From contig DASRAN010000074.1 of assembly GCA_035638115.1 (NCBI GenBank), positions 26,062-90,061 on the forward strand: a DNA stretch of 64,000 nucleotides, given 5' to 3'. Within the stretch, counting starts at the first letter, position 1; the number at the start of each line of letters is the position of its first letter. The notes beneath the pieces were generated by a model. The model saw nothing but the letters and a program-made list of their open reading frames with translations. It did no database searches and was not told the origin of the DNA. Positions 58,486-64,000 of this stretch are shown in pieces. The stretch is from Patescibacteria group bacterium (GTDB lineage Bacteria; Acidobacteriota; Polarisedimenticolia; Gp22-AA2). The translations under genes and the position numbers were made by a program.

Positions 58486-59087
58486 CGCCCGTGGAGCGGG
58501 TCCTCATCCTCAAGAACGCCGACCTTCTCAAGGACGTGGGCCCGCGCCACCTGCTCGGCCTGGCGGACGTGGCACGCGAGATCGAGATCGCGAAGGGCGA
58601 GACGCTCTACGACGAGGACGACCCGGCCGACGCGCTTTACATGGTGGTCGAGGGCCGCGTGCGCCTGTCGTCGAAAGGCGACAGGACGACCTCAGAGGTC
58701 GGTCCGGGCGAGGCGTTCGGAACCTGGGCGCTCGTGGACGACTCCCGGCGCGGCCATCGCGCCGAGTGCATCGAGGAGGGCCTGGCGCTGGCGCTGCGGC
58801 GCGAGGATTTCTACGACCAGGCCGCCGGCGATCTGACGCTGCTCCAGGAGGTGGTGCGCGTGCTGGCCAAGCGCCTCCGCGCGATGGTGGCGGATCGGCC
58901 CGCGGAGGCGCGCGTCGAGGCCGAGGGCATCGAGAAGCCGCCCGAGGCGCCCACGGCACCCAACGCGCCCGCGCCCGCGGCGCCCACGGCGGGCTCCGCC
59001 CTGGAGGCCGCCGTGCTCGGGCAGACCGAAACTCAGGGGCCGCCCGGCGAGCCTGCGTCATCGAAGCCCGGGATCGAATCCGATTGA
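58479..59087 (+). CDS. Cyclic-nucleotide-binding domain protein
   Basis: GTG overlaps the upstream stop; LTPVERVLILK, GETLY.E.D.AD.LY.V.EG.V and GEAFG. Confidence 0.85.
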   Translation: MLTPVERVLILKNADLLKDVGPRHLLGLADVAREIEIAKGETLYDEDDPADALYMVVEGRVRLSSKGDRTTSEVGPGEAFGTWALVDDSRRGHRAECIEEGLALALRREDFYDQAAGDLTLLQEVVRVLAKRLRAMVADRPAEARVEAEGIEKPPEAPTAPNAPAPAAPTAGSALEAAVLGQTETQGPPGEPASSKPGIESD

Positions 59088-59089
59088 CT

Positions 59090-60336
59090 TAAGAAAATGC
59101 CCGACGACCGTGGTGCTGGCGCGCACGTCAGATGGGCGCCGGGACGGAAGACCGTGCGTGCCAGACGAGCCTCCATGCGAGGAGTTCCTCGGCCCGGTAG
59201 GGACGCGGGGCGAGGCCCAGAGCCTGCGCCGGCGTGATGGTTGTCCGGTTGGTGATTCCACGGCACCAGTTGCTCCACAGCGCCGCGACGTGCAGATGCC
59301 CCTGGAGCGCGCCTCGACGCTTGGAGACGCACCAGGTGCGCCGGCGCAGCCGTGCCAGGAAGTGGCGCAGGCGGGCATTGGTGTGGTTGATGGGGAACAG
59401 CGGGTTGGCCCGATCGCGTCGCGCCGAGGCCGAGTGGGTCCGCCACCTCAACCGGCTCCCGAACACTCTCGATCCAAGATATCCGTAGAGCGGTTTCCTG
59501 TCGGTCTCCAGCGCGACCTGGTGACGGGCTGTCAGAGGCCGCAGATGCTCGAGAACCGACCGCACGGCGCGGGCCGAGTGCGTGGGGCGGCGCCCGTGGA
59601 CGGCCTCGTGCTCCTCGCGCCGCCGCCTCTGCAGAGAGGTCATCCGCCCCTTGCGTCGCAGCGGCCCGACGGCGGTCGCGACGATGAACAGGGTCCTTCT
59701 GTCGATGAGCACCGGGACGGTGACCGGCTGATAGCGGTTGGCCTCGAAGGACTCGAGCTCGTCGAGCTGGAAGGGGCCCTCGAGCCGGGCGCCATCGAGC
59801 CGTTGCTCGTGGAACGCTCGAGCATGGACGGCCATCCAGCGCGTGCGACGCTCGATGGTGCGTCGCGCCACGCGCAGCGCGCGCGCCGCCTGTCGCTGCC
59901 CCACGCAGGACACCATCAGGTGGAGGAGGGTGGCGTTGAGGTAGGGCTTCTTCTGCCGCCAGTCGGCGCGGAAGGATTGGCGGGAGAAACGCCGGCCACA
60001 ACTCCGGCAGCGGTAGCGTGGCACCGGGTGCGGCCGGCAACCCGGCTGGTAGCAGCCGGAGCGGATGAAGAAGTCTCGCCGAGGGCCGGCGAACGAACGG
60101 CACGATGGGTATGGGCAGTGGGGAGGGATGAACATCGGTCGGTCTCCACGGATCGGCGCAACGCGGAGATGAAAGAAGGATGCCGGCTGCTTCCGGCAAT
60201 CGAATAACCTGCGAACGGCCGATTCACCCGGCATCCGCCGAGGCGACGCATCCTCACCGCGCGCCCGCGAACAACCGACTCTCGACCCCGTCCGCCGCCG
60301 GACCCCTCGACGCCACGCTCGTCGGGCATTTTCAAA
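59090..60336. mobile_element. Insertion sequence (IS1-like transposase) with terminal inverted repeats and 5-bp target duplication
   Basis: GAAAATGCCCGACGACCGTGGTG (59093-59115) matches the reverse complement of 60311-60333 at 21/23 positions. Direct repeat TGACT at 59085-59089 and 60337-60341. Confidence 0.85.
59128..60135 (-). CDS. Transposase with Zn ribbon, HTH and RNase H-like catalytic domain (IS1-like)
   Basis: CPYPSC...CRSC, QRQAARALRVARRTI, QLDELESF, ETD and PINHTNARLRH...RRRTWC.SK. Lies inside the inverted repeats. Confidence 0.82.
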   Translation of the reverse strand: MFIPPHCPYPSCRSFAGPRRDFFIRSGCYQPGCRPHPVPRYRCRSCGRRFSRQSFRADWRQKKPYLNATLLHLMVSCVGQRQAARALRVARRTIERRTRWMAVHARAFHEQRLDGARLEGPFQLDELESFEANRYQPVTVPVLIDRRTLFIVATAVGPLRRKGRMTSLQRRRREEHEAVHGRRPTHSARAVRSVLEHLRPLTARHQVALETDRKPLYGYLGSRVFGSRLRWRTHSASARRDRANPLFPINHTNARLRHFLARLRRRTWCVSKRRGALQGHLHVAALWSNWCRGITNRTTITPAQALGLAPRPYRAEELLAWRLVWHARSSVPAPI

Positions 60337-60339
60337 TGA

Positions 60340-61272
60340 CTACGGCGCCGGCACGCGTCGCTCGATGACCCCGGAGTCGACGACCTCACCCAGACGCGAG
60401 ACCGCGTTGAAATACATCCTGTCGCCGGCGATCTCCACCACCATGAACGCCCGGTCCGTGTCGAACCCCTTCGCGGTGATGTCGGAGCCTTTGTCGATGT
60501 CGCCGTCCGCAAGCTGACCCCCGGATCCCGCCACGAAGTAGACGATGCCGTGCTGCGGCTTGATCCGCTCGTAGAAGTGATCGTGCCCGTTGAGCACGAC
60601 GCTGACGTTGTACTTGATGAACAACGGCTCCAGCGTCTCGCGCAGCCTGAGGTCCGAGCCGTGGCGTCCCCCCGAGGAGTACGGTGGGTGATGAAACACC
60701 ACGATCTTCCAGTCGTCGCTCGAGGCCTTCAGTTCCTGCTCCAGCCAGTCGATCTGCTCGGGCACGGGGTAGGTGCTGTCGAGCATGAAGAAGCGGACCT
60801 TTTCCTTGGGCGCCTTGAATGAGTAGTAGAGCTTGCCCCCCATGTTGAACGGCTTGTAGTCCCGCTGCGTGCGCGCGTCGTGGTTGCCGAGGGAGGCGTA
60901 GAACTTGACGCCCGCGTCCAGCAGCGGCTTGTAGGGGGCTTCGAACTTGAGCGTGAAGTCCTGGGGGCGCTCCGATCCATAGAGGTTGTCCCCGACCAGG
61001 ACGACGATCTGGAACTTGAACGTCGCGAAGACCGTCGCCATCCGGGCCGCCAGCTCGTATTCGGGCGTTTGTCCTGTCCCGAAGTCCCCGAGCACGGCGA
61101 ACTTGAGCGAGCCGGCCTGGTTCGGCAGCGTGACCGAAGGCGCCGCCGCGGCTGGCGCGGCCGCGAGGTCAACCGGGCGGGTGGCGGCCGGCGTCCCGGC
61201 GCAGGAACCGATCGCCAACAGCAGGGAGACGATCGACAGCGTGACGAAGGTGCGCCGCGTCCGCGTGGTCAT
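60340..61272 (-). CDS. Calcineurin-like metallophosphoesterase, probable lipoprotein
   Basis: GDFG, GDNLY, GNHD, FHHP and GHDHFYER; lipobox-like LAIGSC. Confidence 0.92.
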   Translation of the reverse strand: MTTRTRRTFVTLSIVSLLLAIGSCAGTPAATRPVDLAAAPAAAAPSVTLPNQAGSLKFAVLGDFGTGQTPEYELAARMATVFATFKFQIVVLVGDNLYGSERPQDFTLKFEAPYKPLLDAGVKFYASLGNHDARTQRDYKPFNMGGKLYYSFKAPKEKVRFFMLDSTYPVPEQIDWLEQELKASSDDWKIVVFHHPPYSSGGRHGSDLRLRETLEPLFIKYNVSVVLNGHDHFYERIKPQHGIVYFVAGSGGQLADGDIDKGSDITAKGFDTDRAFMVVEIAGDRMYFNAVSRLGEVVDSGVIERRVPAP

Positions 61273-61285
61273 GCGGCCGGACACG

Positions 61286-61861
61286 TCACTTCGGAAGGAC
61301 ATCGTCGGTGAAGTCGAGAATGATGTCCGCTTCGGTGTCCACGAGGATCAGGCGCAACCCGATGAAACGGTACTCCAGCTCTCCGTGCAGCTTTGGAAGC
61401 GGGGCCAGCACCTGGGGCGGCATCGTCGAGAGCGGAATCGAGGGCGGGTAGCGCTCGTTGACCACGAGCGTGGGAAGACCGGGGTTCTCGTCCATGATCG
61501 ACGCCTTCAACGTCTTGCCGTCGGGGCCGGAGAGGACCTCGCCGAGAATGCGCTTCACCAGCGCCTGCATCCCCGGCGTGAAGAACTCGCCGGGTTTCGC
61601 GTCATGCCGGGCGGCCTTGATCAGGTCCCCGAGCGCGCGCTGGTGCTTGTCGACCTGCTCCGGGGTTTTTTTTCTCGGAGTCCTCGGAAGCGTTGATTCG
61701 AGCTTCTCATGAAGGGCCACATACTCCTTCACGTGGGAATCGAACGTCGCAATGGCCTGCGCCTCCGCGGGGCTGGCCGGCGGGCGGTCGGCCGCGTACG
61801 AGCCTGTCAACGCCGTCGCCATGACGACCGGGGCAAGAAAACCGAGGACCGTCTGCTTCAG
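61286..61861 (-). CDS. Secreted hypothetical protein
   Basis: Signal-like N-terminus; VNERYP...LPKL..ELEYRFIG..LILVD C-terminus. CTG 61861 follows a purine-rich RBS; ATG 61822 is the alternative start. Confidence 0.75.
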   Translation of the reverse strand: MKQTVLGFLAPVVMATALTGSYAADRPPASPAEAQAIATFDSHVKEYVALHEKLESTLPRTPRKKTPEQVDKHQRALGDLIKAARHDAKPGEFFTPGMQALVKRILGEVLSGPDGKTLKASIMDENPGLPTLVVNERYPPSIPLSTMPPQVLAPLPKLHGELEYRFIGLRLILVDTEADIILDFTDDVLPK

Positions 61862-63606
61862 AAGTCCTTCCTCTCTCCGCGCGCGGAAGTCCCGGACGGG
61901 AGCGTCGCACCGGGTTGCCTGCCCCCGGACACCGGCTGCTCCGATCGTACATTCGGAACGGGCGCCTCGGCCGCGGCGAGCGCCGCGAAATCGACGCCCG
62001 CGTTCTTCGCGCCGGTCGCGGCCAGAGCATAGCGGCTCGATGCCGCGAGACGGTAGTCGCCCTGCCCGGGATCGGCGAATCCGACCTGAGCGACGGATTT
62101 CGGGAAGAAGTTGCCGGAGGGATAGGCCGAAGCGCTGCCACCCACGATGACGTTCCGGTCGAACAGCGCGCCGGGGAAGAACGCGTCGAGGGTGCTCCGG
62201 CCGGAAGGCTTGCCGGATCCCGTGACGCCATACTCGTTGTTCAGGACGATGTTGTCGCGAAAGACGAATCCGGTGTGCACCGGGCCCTCCGCCGTCACGG
62301 TGTTCCCGGTGTGGAGGCAGGTGTTGTGCTCGAAGGTCAGGTCCGCCACGCCGTTCAGCATCTGAAGCAGCCGGCCGCCTCCTCCCCAACGCGGGCCGCC
62401 CACGTCATCGAAGAGGTTGTTGCGCAGGGCGAGGCGTCTCGCGGGACCGCTCGGCGCGGCGTCATCCGTCCCGAGGACGTTCACGGCCGAGCCGGTATGC
62501 CGCACGATGTTGTTCGTGAACGTAACGTCCTCGACCGTGGACCATGGCGACGAGCCGTCCTGGTTCCGGACGGTGAAGAGGATGGCGAACCCCGACTGCG
62601 CCTGGGCCCAGTTGTTCTCGAAGACGTTTCCATCGACGAGAACGCGGCGAGCATTCTTCAGTTCGAAGAGGTTCTTGACGGTCCAGACCGTCCCCTCGAA
62701 CGATGGTTCCCCCTGCTTCCACGCCATCGGCTTCCGGAGGAGGTTGCGCCGGATCTCGATATCGGAGGGGACCAAATCGCGGATCGCCGGGTCCGCGCCT
62801 CCAAAGAGGATGTTCTCCCCCGCACCCTCCAGGGTGTTGTTGACGATCCGGAACGGTCCGGAGCCGTTCCAGCCGGCGATCGCCTGTGAGTCGGCTCCCG
62901 CCTCCTTGAAGTCCGCGAGGTAGGAATCGAGGACGGCGATCTCCCGGCCGTTGAGGGCGACCCCGCGACGCGTGCCGCGCCTGGGGTCGCCGTGCAGGTA
63001 GCATCGGTCGATGACGATGTGATGGGGCAGTGCGTCCAGCGACCTTTCCGACGCGCCGAGCGCGACCAGGTTGTACAGGAACGCGCCCGGCTTGGGACGG
63101 ATCTCCAGTCCGACGAGGCGATAGTGGTGGGCGCCGGGCTCCGTGGTGATCACCGATTCGATGTCCGATTCGAGCCTGGGCATCAACGGAGCCATGGACG
63201 GCTCGACGCGGATCCCGGGCGCCGGCAGCTTGTCCTCGGCACTCGTCCGGATCGTGATCCATCCGCTCCCTGACTTGCTGGGGAGTGCGAAGGGACCCGC
63301 GAAGACGGCCCCCGCTTCGAGCACGATCGCGTCGCCGAGTCGCGCCGCTTCAAGGCTCCGGCGCAGCTCGTCTCCGTCCCGCACCCGGCGAATAGTGCCG
63401 GTGACGGGGACCGGCCCGGTCTCGACAAAAGTTCGTGGCAGGGCGGGAGCCGGGGTCCCGCCGGAGGCCGCGGCTCCTGACGTCGCGGCCCCGGTGGTCA
63501 CGGCCCCGATCGCGGCGGTCCCGGTCGCAGCCTTCAAGATCGCCGCGGGCTGGATGAGCAGCGCGGCAGCAACCGCCATGAGGATCGGACCGGTACGCGA
63601 CGTCAT
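61858..63606 (-). CDS. Secreted right-handed beta-helix protein
   Basis: Signal peptide; HHIVIDRCYLHG, IVNNTLEGAGEN, KNLFELKNARRV and TNNIVRH units. Start moved to ATG 63606. Confidence 0.85.
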   Translation of the reverse strand: MTSRTGPILMAVAAALLIQPAAILKAATGTAAIGAVTTGAATSGAAASGGTPAPALPRTFVETGPVPVTGTIRRVRDGDELRRSLEAARLGDAIVLEAGAVFAGPFALPSKSGSGWITIRTSAEDKLPAPGIRVEPSMAPLMPRLESDIESVITTEPGAHHYRLVGLEIRPKPGAFLYNLVALGASERSLDALPHHIVIDRCYLHGDPRRGTRRGVALNGREIAVLDSYLADFKEAGADSQAIAGWNGSGPFRIVNNTLEGAGENILFGGADPAIRDLVPSDIEIRRNLLRKPMAWKQGEPSFEGTVWTVKNLFELKNARRVLVDGNVFENNWAQAQSGFAILFTVRNQDGSSPWSTVEDVTFTNNIVRHTGSAVNVLGTDDAAPSGPARRLALRNNLFDDVGGPRWGGGGRLLQMLNGVADLTFEHNTCLHTGNTVTAEGPVHTGFVFRDNIVLNNEYGVTGSGKPSGRSTLDAFFPGALFDRNVIVGGSASAYPSGNFFPKSVAQVGFADPGQGDYRLAASSRYALAATGAKNAGVDFAALAAAEAPVPNVRSEQPVSGGRQPGATLPSGTSARGERKDF

Positions 63607-63637
63607 TCGATGCCCGCCCGAGCCAAGGCACCGGCTC

Positions 63638-63868
63638 CTAGTCGTTCCGAGGGGCGCGGTCACACGGCTCACAGGTAAGGCGGACCTGGGCGAATTGGTC
63701 ATATCGGCTCGGGAAGAAGAACCCGCGACGCACGAGAGCGTGGTCGTAGCAGCGGGCGAGGCGGTAATCGATCCTGAGTATCAGCCGCGCCCCCGGCGAC
63801 ATGTCGCTCCCGATGCCGTGCCTCCACGCCCATGGGTGCGTGGCGAAGCTGGCGCGCTCATGGCTCAT
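63638..63868 (-). CDS. Possible small hypothetical protein (76 aa)
   Basis: ATG preceded by GGAG and co-directional with the downstream operon. No recognisable motif. Confidence 0.3.
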   Translation of the reverse strand: MSHERASFATHPWAWRHGIGSDMSPGARLILRIDYRLARCYDHALVRRGFFFPSRYDQFAQVRLTCEPCDRAPRND

Positions 63869-64000
63869 GTCCGTGACTCCCGCGGCATCTTTTGATCACG
63901 CCGCGCTGATGGCCAGAGTCTGGACCGGCGTGGCCGGCCCGGCAATCAGGGTGGTCCCTAATCGAGAGTCAGGCGGCTCCTGAGCGCCCGGGCGACTCAG

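Noticed and set aside
59110-60207. 365-aa + strand ORF inside the IS
   Set aside because: Antisense to the transposase, with no motifs.

Overview
A very GC-rich bacterial window, most consistent with an Acidobacteriota-type genome (two ADOP-type permeases, an ECF sigma/Ser-Thr kinase pair and many large secreted proteins; the lineage is inferred). I call 40 CDSs and see no rRNA, tRNA or CRISPR. The first 34 kb holds two TPR Ser/Thr kinases, ygiD, an ECF43-like sigma, secreted and envelope enzymes, two ABC-F ATPases, yaeQ and a beta-propeller/di-haem cytochrome c protein. The rest holds a cyclic beta-1,2-glucan synthase, a repeat-tailed DUF6600-like protein, an orphan response regulator and a GNAT-GNAT-DegT cassette. 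The best candidate for an undescribed system is a tightly coupled operon at about 51-59 kb: Zn-phospholipase C-like, PPK2, a signal-peptide-bearing atypical kinase, two NTT/TLC-type nucleotide translocases (one HEAT-fused) and a cNMP-binding protein. It converges on a secreted metallophosphoesterase operon and suggests ATP-export-fuelled extracytoplasmic phosphorylation. An IS with inverted repeats and a 5-bp target duplication sits exactly between the two convergent stop codons. An unannotated 43-aa ORF consists of a signal peptide plus a beta-signal-like C-terminus. All family calls come from motif recognition by eye; no database searches were run.
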